A DNA stretch of 63,756 nt, the filler included, from Chiloscyllium plagiosum (taxonomy: Eukaryota): assembly GCF_004010195.1 (NCBI RefSeq). It is 4 parts of 2 records of this genome, joined end to end, with 100 filler letters (N's around TTAATTAATTAA, not from the genome) between each part and the next. Parts side by side here need not be neighbours in the genome. Positions count along the whole stretch, not along the records: positions 20,039 to 43,938 come from NC_057713.1; 3 more parts are not named here. The stretch is one strand, 5' to 3'. Every line of letters begins with the position of its first letter. Within the stretch, counting starts at the first letter, position 1. Below the pieces are notes generated by a model. It searched no databases. It saw only the letters and a list, made by a program, of their open reading frames with translations, and was not told the origin of the DNA. Shown one piece after another: positions 22,960 to 36,965 of the stretch. A program made the position numbers and the translations under genes.

Positions 22960-24982
22960 ATAGTTATTGAATCACACAGCATGGTAATAGTTCTTTGAGT
23001 CTAGCTCCTCCATCCCTACATCCCAATCTGACCTAGTCCCATTTGCCAGCAATTGGCCCATATTGCTCTAAACTCTTCCTGTTCGTATACCAAAAGGTAT
23101 ATGTCCATATACCTTTTAAATGCTGTAATTGAACCAGCCTCCACCACTTCCTCTGGCAGCTCAATCCATACATGCACCACACTCTGTGAAAAAATTGCCC
23201 CTTAAATCCCTTTTAAATTTTTCCGCTCTCACTTTAAACCCATGACCTCTAGTGTGGGATTCCCACACCCTGGGAAAAACATTGGGTCTGATTGGGTGGC
23301 AATTACATCGAATGATACAGCACAGTACAGGCCCTTTGGCCCTCGATGTTGGGCTGACCTTTTATCCTCCACTAAGATCAGACTAACCTACATACCCTTC
23401 ATTGTACTATCGCCCATGTGCCTATCTGAGAGTCGCTTAAATGTCCCTAATGTATCTGACTCTACTCCCACTGCTGGCAGTGCATTCCACACACCCACCA
23501 CTCTCTGTGTAAAGAACCTATCTCTGACATCTCCCCTAAACCTTCCTCCAATCACCTTAAAATTATACCCCCACATGATAGCCATTTCCGCCCTGGGGAA
23601 AGGTCTCTGGCTATCCACTCTATCTATGCCTCTCATCATCTTGTACATCTCTATCAAGTCACCTCTCATCCTTCTTCACTCCAATGAGGAAATCCCTAGC
23701 TTCCTAAATCTTTCTTTATAAGACATGCCCTCCAGTCCAGGCAGCATCCTGGTAAATCTCCTCTGCACCCTCTCTAATGCTTCCACATTCTTCCTATAAT
23801 GAGGTGACCAGAACTGAACAAAATATTTCAAGTGTGGTCTAACCAGGGCTCTACAGAGCTGCAGCATAACCTCAGGGCTCTTAAACTCAATACCCCTGCT
23901 AATGAAACCCAACACAACATACACCTTCTTAACAACCCTATCACCTTGAATGCCACTTTGAGGGATTTATGGATGTGGACCCCAAGATCTCTCTGTTTCT
24001 CCACACTGCGAAGAATCCTGCCTTTAACCCTGTAACCTGCATTCAAGTTCAACCTTTCAAAATGAATCACTTCATACTTTTCCAAGTTGAACTCCATCTG
24101 CCTCTTCTCAGCCCATCTTGGAGAAAGTGAGGACTGAAGATGCTGGAGATCAGAGTCAAGAGTGTGGTGCTGGAAAAGCACAGCACAGCTTATGCCCAAA
24201 CATTGATTCTCCTGCTCCTTGGATGCTGCCTGACCTACTGTGCTTTTCCAGCTCTGCATCTTATCATTGTCCTGTTGCAACTGACAAAAGTCCTCCGTAC
24301 TTTCCACAACTCCGCTAAACTTTGTGTCATCGGCAAACTTACTAACCCACCCTTCCACTTGCTCATCCAAGTAATTTATAAAAATCACATACAGCAGAGG
24401 TCCCAGAACAGATCCCTACGGAACACCACTGGTCACCGAGGTCTAGGCTGAATACTTTCCATCTACTACTACCCTCTGTCTTCTATAGGTCAGCCAATTC
24501 TGTACCCAGACAGACAGGTTTCCCTGTATCCCATGCATCCTTACTTTCTGAATGAGCCTACAATGGGGAATCTTATCAAACACCTTGCTAAAATCCATAT
24601 ACACTGCATCCACTCCTCTACCTTCATCAATGTGTTTTGTCACATCCTCAAAGAATTCAGTCAGGCTTATGAGGCATGTCCTGCCCCTCACAAAGCCAAG
24701 CTGACTATCTCTAATCAAGCTACGCTTTTCCAAATCATCATAAATTCTGTCTCTGAGAATCCTCTCCAATAATTTGCCTACCACTGATATAAGACTGACT
24801 GTTCTCTAATTTCCAGGGTTATCCCTATTCCCTTTCTTGAACAAGGGAATAACATTTGCCACCCTCCAATCATCTGGTGGACAGTGAGGATGCAAAGTTC
24901 ATCGCCAAAGGTACAGCAATCTCTTCCCTCGCTCCCTGTAATAACCTAGGGCATATCCCCGTCTGGCCCAGGGGATTTATCT
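22960..24982 (-). mobile_element. Two CR1 LINE pieces (3' end 22960-23280; long RT fragment 23312-24982) with a PLE family A insert at 24120-24252
   Basis: VGKLLERILRD..SQLGFVRGRTCL..YMDFSKVFDKIPH; SKFADDTK; VRPHLKYFVQFWSP. Confidence 0.92.
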
Positions 24983-25512
24983 ATGTGGTGGTGGGATCTC
25001 ACTGGAAGGAGGCCAGGAAAGGCAGCTGATGACCTTCTGGATGTGGATACTGGTGGGATGGTCGGTAAGGACAAGGGGAACCCTACTGCTGTTGCAGGAG
25101 GGGAGGGAGGGTGAGGGTAGAAGTGCGGTAGATGGGGGTCAGACCTGGTTAAGGGCCCTGTCACCAACAGTCCTGGGGAATCCTCAGTTGAGGCAGAAGG
25201 TGGAAATTTCAGAGGCTCCCTTGTCAAAATTGGCATCATCAGAAGTGGGAGATGGATGAGCTGGGAGATGGATGAACTGGGAGAATGCAATGGAGTCTTT
25301 CCAGGAAGCAGGGTGCAAGGATGCATAGTCCAGGCAGCTGTGGGAGTTGGTTAGTTTGTAATGGGTATTAGCGGCCAGTCTATCCCCAGAAATGGAAGCA
25401 GAGATGTCAAGGAAAGGAAGGGAGGAGTCAGCGATAGACCAGGTGAAAGTGAGAGCAGGATGGAAATTGCAAGCGAAATTGATGAACTTTTCCAATTCCA
25501 GAGGAGAGAGGG
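24983..25512 (-). mobile_element. Penelope-like element reverse-transcriptase C-terminal fragment
   Basis: LEKFINFACNFHPALTFTWSI..SLPFLDISASISGDRL....YKLTNSHSCLDYASLHP..KDSIAFSQF; typical PLE RT motif (FT..LPFLD..YxK.T..YLxYxSxHP). Confidence 0.85.
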
Positions 25513-26729
25513 AAGCAAAAAGCACAAAATGTATCTGTGTATTACAGTTTCATTGCTCCTAATTATATTTGGATAGCCATTTAAACTTAATTTGTTGTTA
25601 TAATACAATCCTGGCTTGATATCACTGTTGATGACCACTTCCATCACTTTGCTAATGATTGAGAGTGGAGCAGTTGTCTATGTTGGAGCTGCCCTTCTTT
25701 GTTGTGTAGATGGAGTGATTTGGTTTTACTCAAAGAGTTTGGCGAAGGGTGCAGCTGTTTCTGAAGCACAAATCTTGAGAACAATTACTGAAATGTTGTT
25801 TGGGTCCCACAGCCTTTGCAGCCTCAGGGCATTCAGGTATTTCGTGGTATTACATAAAACAAACAAAGATCAGTACAGCTCAGGAACACGCCGTTCAGCC
25901 CACCAAGCCTGATCCATCACATGATGCCTTTCTAAACTACACGGCCCAAGGCCCTCTATTCTCACCTATTCATGTGTCTGTCAAGATGCCTCTTAAATGT
26001 TGCTATTGTATTCACATCCACCACCTCCTCTGGGAGCGCACTCCAGGCATTTACCACCTTCTGTGTAAAACACCTGCCTCTCACATCTCCTTTAAGAGTC
26101 CGACTGTTCATTCTATCCCAGTGCCTCTTGTAATTTTGTAAAGTGAATTGAATTGGTTGAAGACCGACATCAATGATGCTGAGACCATCGGAGGCAACTA
26201 ACATGGTTCATCCACTTGGCATCTCTGGCTAAAGATAGATGCAGTTGCTTCAGCCTTGTCTTTTGCATTGATGTGCTGGGCTTCCCCACTGCTGAGGATC
26301 GGAATATTTGTGGAATAATATCAAATGTTAGTAGCCAGTTGATGTTACATTTACAACCGTGTCACAGACTCATCTTGTCTCTCTGGGTTGTTTCCATGAC
26401 AAAGATAGTTTTTTGCACGGCTCGGTCAGTTGTATGTCTCACAGCCACCCCACTCCCCTCACCCGGCCCTATTAGTTGTCTGTGGTCTGGCTCCTACCTG
26501 TCAATCTGTCTGGTTGAAGTGACCATGCCAAGTGTTATATTTGTTTCCTTTCAATGTAATTCGTTCACTTGCCAAACGGGTAAACCTTCAGAAAGGTCTG
26601 TGCATTTGGTTCGATAGTGAATCAGATGTATATCAAGGTAGACAACAATCAAGATGATGGGTTTAGATAACAATAACTAAGAAAACTGTGAAATTGGTTT
26701 ACTAACTCAGTTTCACTGTCAGCATAATT

Positions 26730-27303
26730 TCATAGAGTCATAGATGTACAGCACGGAAACAGACCCTTCAATTCAACTCACCCATGCCAACCAGATACCC
26801 TAAATTAATCTCGTCTCATTTGCCAGCATTTGCCCATGCCCCTCTAAGAGAGAAAATGAGGTCTGCAGATGCTGGAGATCAGAGATGGAAATGTGTTGCT
26901 GGAGAAGCGTAGCAGGTCAGGCAGCATCTAGGGAACAGGAGAATCGACGTTTCGGGCATTAGCCTGAAGAAGGGCTAATGCCCGAAACGTCGATTCTCCT
27001 GTTCCCTAGATGCTGCCTGACCTGCTGCGCTTCTCCAGCAACACATTTCCATCCATGCCCCTCTAAACCCATCATATTCATACCCACCCAGATATACTTT
27101 AAATGTTGCAACTGTACCAGCCTCCACCACTTCGTCTGGCAGCTCATTCCATACACGTACCACCCTCTGCGTGAAGAAGTTGCCCCATAGGTCCCTTTTA
27201 AATCTTTCCCCTCTCACCCTAAACCTATGCCCCCTAGTTTTACATTCCCCTACACTAGGGAAAAGACTTTGTCTATTTACCCCATCCATGCCCCTCATGA
27301 CAT
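26730..27303 (-). mobile_element. CR1 3' end carrying a PLE family A fold-back insertion (26848-27052)
   Basis: TSD ccatgcccctctaa at 26834-26847 and 27053-27066; hammerhead core cCTGAAGAagggctaatgcccGAAAcgTC at 26963-26991. Confidence 0.88.
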
Positions 27304-28349
27304 TTTCTGTTGTATATTTCTCCAAATTTGTATGATGTACCAGGCTATTGGCAGAAAACCCGTGCCTGTAGAGAAACATTTGTTTCCCAGAATTGTTAAC
27401 ACTGAACAAATCATAGGTGTGAAAGGTTTTAATTAATCACATATCCAAGGCAGAATGTGCATGTATTTTCCCCATTACTACCTGAATTTTGTAACACGGA
27501 CCCTAGAGCCAGCGATTATTAGCAAACTACCTTCAGTACAAGAAGTGAAAACATTCCATGGGAAGGCTTACGTCATGTTCTGATCCAATTAATGTTCACC
27601 TCGTTGGTCACACTCACATCCCAAGAAGAGAAAAAATAGGATCTCCACCATTTTCAAATCTTATAAATTGAACAATGTTTAACATGTCAGTAACAGACTA
27701 AATAGTAAAAACATACTGTAAAACAGAAAATGAAAAATAACTAAGTCTTTCAGCATTTTAACAACTGTTGTTAATTAACTCACTATCATTCAATTCAAAT
27801 GAGCAAACAAAGGGTACTTCTAATCATGTGTGTGGTGCTTATTTCAGTGCTTTCTGATAATCAAGGAAAGCACAGCTGGTTTTTTGATAATGCCGCCTTC
27901 AGCCAGCCTAAAAATCAGCCAAAAATTTGAACCAGTTTCACTAGTCCTAATGTCCAGTACCTAACCTCTCAAAATAATGTGCCTTTGTGATCAGAAAGTA
28001 CATACTCATATTCCCATTACAATTTGGTTTAATTTTATTATTCGTGTTTTCTGTTTCTTGAAAGGGAACATGACATTAACTATTACTGGTGTGCTATTGC
28101 AGAGATGCCAGACCAGCTAGGCAGTATACCTTTAAATCAGGTGCATGATATCATGATATGTAACACTCTAGTCTTCAGTCATGTTCTCAGTACAATAGAC
28201 TCAGTGTAGTGTGTTCAGTCAGCCACTCAGTTCTGTGTGTAATGTACAGTAACATTGGAAAGCACCAAATCCTGACTATAATATTACAGCAATATAAATC
28301 ATTAGCATTGTTAATAAACTTCACAACATCTATCTGAACACAGACCCTG

Positions 28350-28478
28350 ATGTGGAGGTGCTAGTGTTGGACTGGTGTGGACAAAGTTAGGTGATGAAGG
28401 GAGGGCAGTCCAAAAGCTTGTGATTTCAAATAAACCTGTTGGACTATAACCTGGTGTTGTGTAACTTTTGACTTTGCC
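28350..28478. mobile_element. PLE family B fold-back remnant
   Basis: ggaggtgctagtgttggactgg..acaaagtt | tgatgaagggagggcagtccaaaagctt..aaataaacctgttggactataacctggtgttgtg. Confidence 0.75.
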
Positions 28479-28616
28479 AACAAGAACTCGATCTTTGTCG
28501 TGTATGTTACCTGAGTTAACATGTAGGAAAGCACTTCGGCCATAGTGTACTAGCAATGGTGTTTGACTTAGAAATATACCCCACTCTCCCTACATCATGG
28601 CAGAGTCAAGTCCAAG

Positions 28617-28927
28617 GTTTGTGTAAAGGTTTGTAACTTGGATATCGGTTGCCGTGGCTGTTGGTATGTTTGCCAAGCTGGGACGTTGGTTGCAGACATT
28701 TCGTCCCCTTTCTAGGTGTCAGCCTCAGTGCTGTGGAGCCGTCCGTGAAGTGCTGCTGTATTTTGTGGGTGGGAATTTATTTTGTTTCATTCCCCTTGCT
28801 TCCAGTTGCTGTTCCAGTTGTTCTCTGCAGTGGCCGGAATATTGGGTCCAGGTCTATAAGTTTATTGATGGAGTCTGGATGAGAGCCAGGCTTCTCGGAA
28901 TTCTCTGGCTGTCCTCTGTTGGCTTGA
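28617..28927 (-). mobile_element. PLE family D 3' end (ORF C-terminus plus terminal repeat with degenerate hammerhead at 28692-28731), nested in a probable LTR (about 28505-29587)
   Basis: QRTAREFREAWLSS..SINKLIDLDPIFRPLQ; reverse complement gca-CTGAGGC..GAAAtgTC-tgc; host starts tgtta and ends taaca with AATAAA at 29428. Confidence 0.72.
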
Positions 28928-29831
28928 CCGAACTGCAGTGTCAAGTCCTCCAATAAATCGAATGATGGCCATAAAGATGTGGGGGAAAATTCTCAGATTT
29001 TGGAAGATCAATTTAAAGTTGAAGTTGAGTTCACAATATTTGGGTTCAAAGCAAGTAGACACTCCCTCGTGGCCAGGAGTATTTTTCCACAGTAGTTCAG
29101 GGAGTAAGTTAGCCCAAAAGAGAAGTGTAGTTTATGCAGGTTACAGATGAGGAGCATTTGATGAGAAATCATCAGGCTGTTAGAAGCTGAAAACATCTCA
29201 ACTCAGTTTGATGAGCGTAGGGGTAAGAAAATTCCACAGTTCAGAATCTGAGAAGAATCTGTTCAGTCAAATTGAAAGATCTGATATCGAGGGCAAGCTT
29301 TCTGTATTTGAATCGTTGTGATGAGATTGTTTCAGGGAATAGGTTGAAACTTTGTTTTGCTGAGGTTGAAGAGGCTTATAACTTTTTGATATCTGGATAG
29401 TTTGATTTTTGTTTTCATCATTTGTGTAATAAACTGTGTACTGTTGTTAAAGAAACCCCTCAGTTTTGTGTAACTATGTTTCAGTGAATGACCGTCACAT
29501 TAACTAAAATCAAACAAAACCACGACCTATCCAGCTAGACTTCATTCTGACAGCTGTCTAGTGATATCTGCAACTGGGAGCGTAACACGTAGGAACCTAC
29601 AGTGTTGCATTGCAGCATATCAAGGACATTTCTAAAATTTCATTTCTGGCACGCAATGAAATATGAAGGTATCTGCAACAATACAGCTTGCAGATCCCAG
29701 TCCATAATGCTGTAAGATATTGGAGCACATGCAGGCCATTCAGCCCATTGCTGTTAGTGAGAGATCACATCGTCAATTTGACTTATCACATGAAAATAGT
29801 CAGAAAAGCTGAGGTTTTCAACTCTATCCAA

Positions 29832-30022
29832 GCCGAATTGTGTGGAGCTGGAAAAGCTCAGCCAGACAGGCAGCATCCAAGGAGCAGTAGAGTCGATGTT
29901 TCGGGCATGAGCCCTTCATCAGGAATCCTGCATCACTTTTCCACACACACACACACACACACACTTTTCCAACACCCCACCCGTTGACTCTGATCTCTAG
30001 CATGTGCAATCCTCACTTTCCC
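29832..30022. mobile_element. PLE family A fold-back remnant with internal (CA)n
   Basis: TSD caactctatccaa at 29819-29831 and 30023-30035. Confidence 0.8.
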
Positions 30023-30524
30023 CAACTCTATCCAAACGTACATAATAAAAGAGCAGCCTACACTATTATACCTCACTGGGCCAGTGTGATGGAACTCACT
30101 CTCCAGCGTTCCTGGATTGATAATTTGTTTAAAAAGCATGCAGAAATCCCAGTTTACCTGTTTTATTAAACCCAGGTTGACACAAAGCATGAGACAGATT
30201 TCTGTACTTAATAAAGGGGGCTATTTATCACAAACAAATATACTTACAGATATACATTAACATTTGATTAGAAATCTGCAGATTATTAGAAGCTGAAAAT
30301 GTCTGAACCCCCCATTATGAATCACAGAAAGAGGCCATTCGGCCCATAGCATATGCACCAACTCACCAAAAAGCATCCCACCCAGATCCAGCCTCCTCAC
30401 CATATCCCTGTAACCCCGAATTTCCCTTGGCCAATCTGCCTAGCCGGCACAACTTCCATAATTCCAATAATTAAAACTCTTATAAACCCCTTATAAATCT
30501 GATCCCCTTATTAAACCACACCAT

Positions 30525-30843
30525 GTACACACACACAGTCACACACATACTCACACTCGTGCATGTGCACACACTGTCTCACACAGACACATACTCATAC
30601 ACACTCAATCATGCACATAGTTACACATACTCTCAAACGCACTAACATACATGTTCACATTAACACACACGCACACACACGCACGTGCACACACACACAT
30701 GCACACACACGCGCACACGCGTACACACACATGCACACGCGCACACACACACACGCACGTGCGCACACACACATGCACACACACACACACACACACACAC
30801 GCGCGCGTGCGCACACACACACACACACGCGCGCGCACACACA
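30525..30843. repeat. Compound (CA)n/(CG)n microsatellite
   Basis: Read directly; source of several spurious HT/CV-repeat ORFs. Confidence 0.95.
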
Positions 30844-31907
30844 AATCAAGGATGTTATGGTTGGAGGAAATAGGTGGCAAGACAGTTTTATGGTCCCTGT
30901 CCACAGAGTTCACTGAGATGATTATCTTGGTTTGTCAGAGTTTGCTGTTTGTCAATCTCTGACTTACCCAAGTACTTTCACTTGCTTGTAGAAGGTACAG
31001 AGTAACTGGCTCACAACTTATAAAATCCCTTCACATAGTGGTTGAAATTGGTGAGGGAATATAAATTGGCTTTTTTCTCGTTATAGTGTCTTTTTTATTG
31101 CAGAATCAAGGACACCACCTTCCCTCCCAGAAATCCTGAGGTGGTTTGTTTTCGTGTTCATACCCATAAACTGTTCAGCTCGCTGGGAGCCAATCACAAA
31201 ATTGGCAGGTAGAAGGCTTTGTTATTGATAATGGCTCACCCCATCACACCCCAATCAGCTGCTTGTTGGCAGCTCCAACCTCCTTCATAAACTGCCTGTG
31301 CACAGTGTACCTCCACACTGCTTGAACAAGTCACAACACTAACAGCACGTACAGTAAATGCTGGTGGATTACATTTAAAAAGCGCAGCAATCTCGCCACA
31401 AAATTTGGTTTGTGAACATTTTGGTTCACAATCAAAAAATGAAGAAAAATAAAATAGATGTGGTCTTTACATATGTGTTAAATGCAAAGATTGACACTGT
31501 TGCAAGTGCAAATATCATCGCTTTATGCATCTGATAAGTGAAGTACTCAGGAAACTTGCACAGTGTGTTGCAGTCAACACATGGTAAGCTACAACTGGTC
31601 TAACATCCCTTGCATTACCTGCTTTCAGTCACAGTATAGTCCTTGGTATGGAAACTTGAGACCTTCTATATTGTTGATACAGCAGGAGCAGGTATTATTA
31701 GCTTACCAGCATGCAGAGATCTACATATTACCATGGCCCATAGTGCGACAAACCAGCTTTGTAACACCAATGATTCCAAGCTACAATATCAAATCTATCC
31801 ATCAAAAATTGAGAAAATCTTTCCTTCCACCCACGATTCCTTCTGATCTGTGGTACATAAGTGTCACTGACATTTTCCAACAACATGATTACATTCTGCT
31901 GACTGAC

Positions 31908-33000
31908 TTTTTTTAATTTCAAAAATATACTTTTTTCTTAAAACGTCTATATATACATGGTCACTAAAGCAGTTCAGTTTGCACAGTCTTTGCAAATGGA
32001 GAAACAAATTAACATTGGAGTTTGACTCTCCCGACTATTCCAACAAACAAGCCCAAGGCACATTTTACTCATTTGAGGTACTATTTACATATGTTTGAGG
32101 CATGGGAGGGTCCAATAACTGAATGGACCTGCGTTGTACTTTGGCTGAAAGACCTCAGACAGTGGTCTTTCCCCACCACGCCTTGGCAGCAGCTGCCCCA
32201 AGCCTTAGTACATACCTCAGCACGGAGTCCTGGACCTTGGAATGTGCCAGTCTGCAACACTCAGTCAAAGTCAACTCTTTACTTTGGTGGACCAACAGGT
32301 TTCAGACAGGTCAAAGAGCGTCTTTCCCCGAATTAATGGTTTTCCAGACACAGTCAATGTTTGTCTTAGTGTGCTTCCCGGGGACCAGACCGTAGAGCGC
32401 AGAGTCCCACATCATGGAGCTGCTCAGGATGAACCACAACAAAAATCACTGCATCTTTCTCCAGACTTCCTTTGCAAAGCCACATTCCAGAAGGAGGTGT
32501 GTTCTCTACCCCCCAGAGCCACTTCGAGGGTAGTGTGCAATGGCACACAGAGACCGGGTGTACATGAGGAATCTGATGGAAGTGCCCTTCTCATCACCAG
32601 GCAAGCTCTGTCTTGGTACTTTCAGAACGTGATGAAATATTGTGCCCATTGGCTTTGAGAGTCTGCTCAAGTAACAGCCCAAGAGGATCCACCCTCTCCT
32701 TTTCCCGCAGGGTCTTGAGGACACAATGTGCTGACCACTTCCTGATGGACTTATGGTCAAAATGTGTTTTCCTTTGTAAATCTCTCCATGAAGGACAGCG
32801 ATACAGAACAGTCCAATTACTTGGAGCATTCTGCAACAGTGAGTCCACTCCCATACTTTGCAACACCAGGGACAGGTAGAATGACAGTACGTAGTGAAAC
32901 TTGGTGTTTGTGTACCAAGGATCTACACACAGATTAATGCAGGTGACCATCAGAATAAGGGTGACATTGATTATGTTCTCCTTCCCCCCTTATCAGGAAC
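31908..33000 (-). mobile_element. L1/Tx1-clade LINE ORF2 C-terminal region and 3'UTR, decayed
   Basis: Minus-strand remnants HTFDHKSIRKWSAHCVLKTLREKE, LVMRRALP, a Cys/His zinc-binding-like region and C-terminus LGAAAAKAWWGKTTV*; T-rich end on + strand near 31908. Confidence 0.8.
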
Positions 33001-33767
33001 TTTGTACATGGTGTCCCTGCAGACACAGTCTATCTTAGACCTCCAGGTGAGGTGGAAGATGGCTTGAGTGCCACACTTGTGTGTTGCATACTCCTCAACA
33101 AATGCTGTCTGACAACAATCTATATTGTACTAGTACACCTTTTCAGGAAATGTGCAGGAGTTGGAGTATTTAACATATTACCTCTTCCCCTTCATTACCT
33201 TCAGTCGAATTGTCTCACAGCACACACCATTCACACAGTAAAATCCATTTTAGTTAAGTGGCTTGCCAAGCTTCAGAGAAAGCTATATCCTGCTCCTCCA
33301 GGCAACCATTCACCCTCACTGGCAGCTCTGGTGTTTAGGAGACAGATCCACACATTTCTCCCTCCCACACTCTCAACACCCATCACTTGTGCCTGATACA
33401 TTGTTGGAACGACTGACAAAAGGGGTACAAGGAGCATTATCAACAAGCAGTTATTCTAATCTGAACCAGGACAAAGCATAAGAATTAGAGATTTTGATCT
33501 GAACACATAGGTTGATACAATATTATTATGTCCAGCCCAGGTCATGTGGACTTGTAATGAGTAATGATCCAGTCCTACCTATCACTAACCACCTGTCACA
33601 CAGGCTGATGACACAGATACCAAAGATAACATGCCTGACAACAAGCACACACTAGACGTGATATAGGTCCCTCCATGACAACAGATAGCTCACTGAATAG
33701 CGAAGCTATAGTAACAGTCTAAGGACTAGATCTGGTTGTGTCATACATCAACCAATGTATTACCAAG

Positions 33768-34659
33768 AAAATGGCAAACAGAGTTTAATATAGATAAGGG
33801 TGAGGTCTTGCATTTTGGAAAGTCAAATCAAGGTAGGTTTCATGGTGAATGGTAGGGCCTTAAGGAGTGTAGTGGAACAGAGGGATCTTGGCGTTCAGGT
33901 GCATGGCTCTCTGAAAGTGGAGTCCCAGGAAGTCAGGGCAGTGAAGGCAGCTTTTGGCACACTGGCCTTCATCAGTCAGGGCACTGTGTAGAGAAGTTGG
34001 GAAGTTATGTTGCAGTTGTACAGGATGCTGGTGAGGCCTCACTTGGAGTATTGTGTTCAAATTTGGTCACCTTGCTGTAGGAAGGATGTTATTAAAGTGG
34101 AAAGAGTGCAGAAGAAATTTACAAGGATGTTGCCAGGATTCAATAGTCTGAGCTATAGGGAGAGGTTGGATAAGATAGAGGGTAGGAGACTTGGGGGGAT
34201 CTATAGAAGCATATAAGGTCATGAGAAGCTTGAAAGGGTGAAAGCACCCAGTCTTTTTTCCCAGGGTCGGAGTATCAAGGACTAAAGGGCAACAGTTCAA
34301 GGTTAGAGGGGAAAGAATAAAAGGAAAACTGAGGGCAACTTTTTTACACAGAGCGTGGTAAGCATATGGAATGAGCTGCCAGCGGAAGTTGTTGAGAAGG
34401 GTACATCAATAACATTTAAAAGGCATTTAGACAAACACACGGATAGGAAAGGTTTAGAAGGATATGGTTCAACTGCAGGGAAATGGGGTTAGCATGTATG
34501 GACCAGTTTGGGCCAAAGGGCCTGTCTCTGTGTGGGCAATTTAGCATGGCCAATTCACCTGGCCTGTGGAAGGAAACTGGAGCATTTAAGTAAAACACAG
34601 ACAGACAGTCACCCAAGGCATGATTGAACCCAGGTCCCTGGCACTGAGCCACCTTGTGC
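33768..34659. mobile_element. CR1 3' fragment (+, 33768-34531) abutting a truncated HE1-like SINE (-, 34533-34659)
   Basis: [30 protein letters not shown]; gggcaatttagcatggccaattcacct. Confidence 0.85.
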
Positions 34660-36005
34660 TGTTACAACAATGCAAATAGTCAGTGTTATTAAGAAACTTG
34701 AAGACATCTGTCTCAACAAGAACCCAATCTTGTGAACCCATTATCTATATTCTGGAAGCTAAAACTAGGGCAACACTCAGACTGTATCATATGTGTTCAG
34801 CCCAAGAAACCATGTCTTGGTGTCCCATTAGTTACAGTTTAGATCGATTTTCATCGTCTACAGGTGAATCTGAATGTACATTGAAAGCAGTTTCAGTCAA
34901 TTCCCTGAGTTATAGAGAACAAATTACGAACACCTTATCTCAATTTGCAGAGAACCAACCAATTAAATCTGTTTGACCTGATGATCTTCCACCTTAGAGT
35001 TGACAAGTTTGGATTAATCAAGTTAGCATGATGCAGAGTAATGTCTCAACAAAACTGCACTAGTTATAGAAACAAATCCAAAATTTAGCAAAGTGACTAC
35101 TGTGCAGTGTCCCAGAGGTCTTCATTACAAGAACAAAAACTGTTCAGGTTGTCTTAAATATTTTAGTGAAAATCAAACTATTTTCTTCAGGAATTTAAAC
35201 GTAACCAGTGCAAAGAGGGAATCTAAGATGTACTTCAGTGGCTAATCCTTGCCTTCCCCCCCCCACCCCCCACCCCATACCATCATCAAAATCAGTTTAT
35301 ATTCCACTTAAATGTACTCATTTTCTAATTTTTCACTTTAATTTTGCTTTTGGCTTTGATAAAATAAATGTAAAATAAATTGCAGAATTATTTATTTTCT
35401 ATAAATGGAGAATGTCAAAATCCCATTCATTGTAATTTTATTGTATATACAGTGTGAAAATGTCACAATCAATACTGATAGTTTCAGCTATGACTACAAA
35501 TTGATTTTATTACAGGTTCATATTTCAGGCTACAAATTATAAATCATTTCACAGAATACTGCTGTTATGTCATTTTATGTTAAGGCATTTTTACAATGCT
35601 CCAGAGCACAACAAGTATTTGAAACTGTATTCAATTTTCAAGATCCAAATACACACTAATGAGGCAGCTGTCATGTTAAATGTTGTGTATCATTTAAATC
35701 ACGGTGTCTTGAGAACTGCACTGTTGTGTAACCTGTTTGTTTCATATTTTATAAGGATGTCTTTTGAAATATATTTTGATAAAGCTTTCCTTCCTAAATG
35801 TGTATTTTTAAGTAAATGGCTCAAATTGATTTTAAAATTATATTTCAGTTTAATTTAAATCTTTAACATTTATGTATGTGTGTCTGCTGTATCTCCCATT
35901 TTGTATATTTACCTTCGGGTTAGATGCCTGTGTTTGCTTTAGCATGTGACCATGAAATACCATGTGAAATGTATTAGATTATATGCTATAGATATGGCAG
36001 CTTGG

Positions 36006-36120
36006 ACCCTCTTGTGGTACAGTGCTAGTGTCCTTACCCCTGGACTAGGAGGTCCAGGTTCAAGTCCCACCTGCTCCAGAGGAGTGTAATAGCATCTCTG
36101 AGCAGGTTAATTAGAAAATA
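36006..36120 (+). mobile_element. Short tRNA-derived SINE
   Basis: tggtacagtgctagtgtcc (A box) .. ggttcaagtccc (B box); homologous to 9643-9745. Confidence 0.65.
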
Positions 36121-36819
36121 TCAAAGCTTATGTATATCTCCCTTTAATACCCAACCTGATATTCTAATTCTCCTCTCTCATGTTTGCCAGCATTATTTGA
36201 AACAATTCATACTCATAAACCTGGTCTGCTCAAATATATGACATGGCCTTCTGTTTTTAATATTTGTTTAACATAGTATTTTATTTAATCCTTAAAGTTG
36301 AGGTTCAGATATACCATTTAAATATTCTTTCATTGGATGTCTATCACAGGATTATTCTATGTGCTCTATTTTATTCCTTTTTGTAGAAGCTTGCTGCTGT
36401 AATGTAATTCTGCAAATCACTGTAATTACCTAACCAATAAATGATGTATATCAGACTTTAGTCAGGCACCTCAGTGATAATGCTTCAAAAATGATAGCAA
36501 CGATTAAAGCATCAGATAAAATAGATCAAATACCTGATGTAATGCAACTGATCTTAACGCAGAATGGACATTCTGCAGGCAGTAGGTGGGAAGAACGACA
36601 AATCCTCTGAATTTGTAGCATGATTTGTAAGTTTAACTCAGTGCCTCAGCTGTATAAAATTCCTGATTTGAACATGTCGGCTGCTACTTTCAATCTATTT
36701 AAAGAAACTTGAAAAGGGAAGTTGTATTTTTTAGCGTCAGGTTCTTTGCAACTGTATAGATTCTCAAAGTTTGTGAGAAGATTTGTAGATTGTGTGTAGA
36801 TTCTGTAGGCAGGAATGAA

Positions 36820-36965
36820 TCAGGCAGCCACTCCTACATTTTCTCCTGACTCACTGAAGGATGTGGTGGAGAAGGTAAGGATCAGGAGGAAGACACAGTT
36901 CTGAAGAGGCTGCAGGAGCATTAGCAAATCAGTTGTGCAGCAAGCCTGGACAGAAGGCCAGTTGC
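36820..36965 (+). mobile_element. Possible Harbinger Myb/SANT-like ORF remnant
   Basis: AATPTFSPDSLKDVVEKVRIRRKTQF*..VVQQAWTE resembles the APRFS..L..LV..V..RR..LF..AW pattern; weak, by eye only. Confidence 0.35.

Noticed and set aside
30563..30962. His/Thr- and Cys/Val-rich ORFs
   Set aside because: Translations of a (CA)n microsatellite
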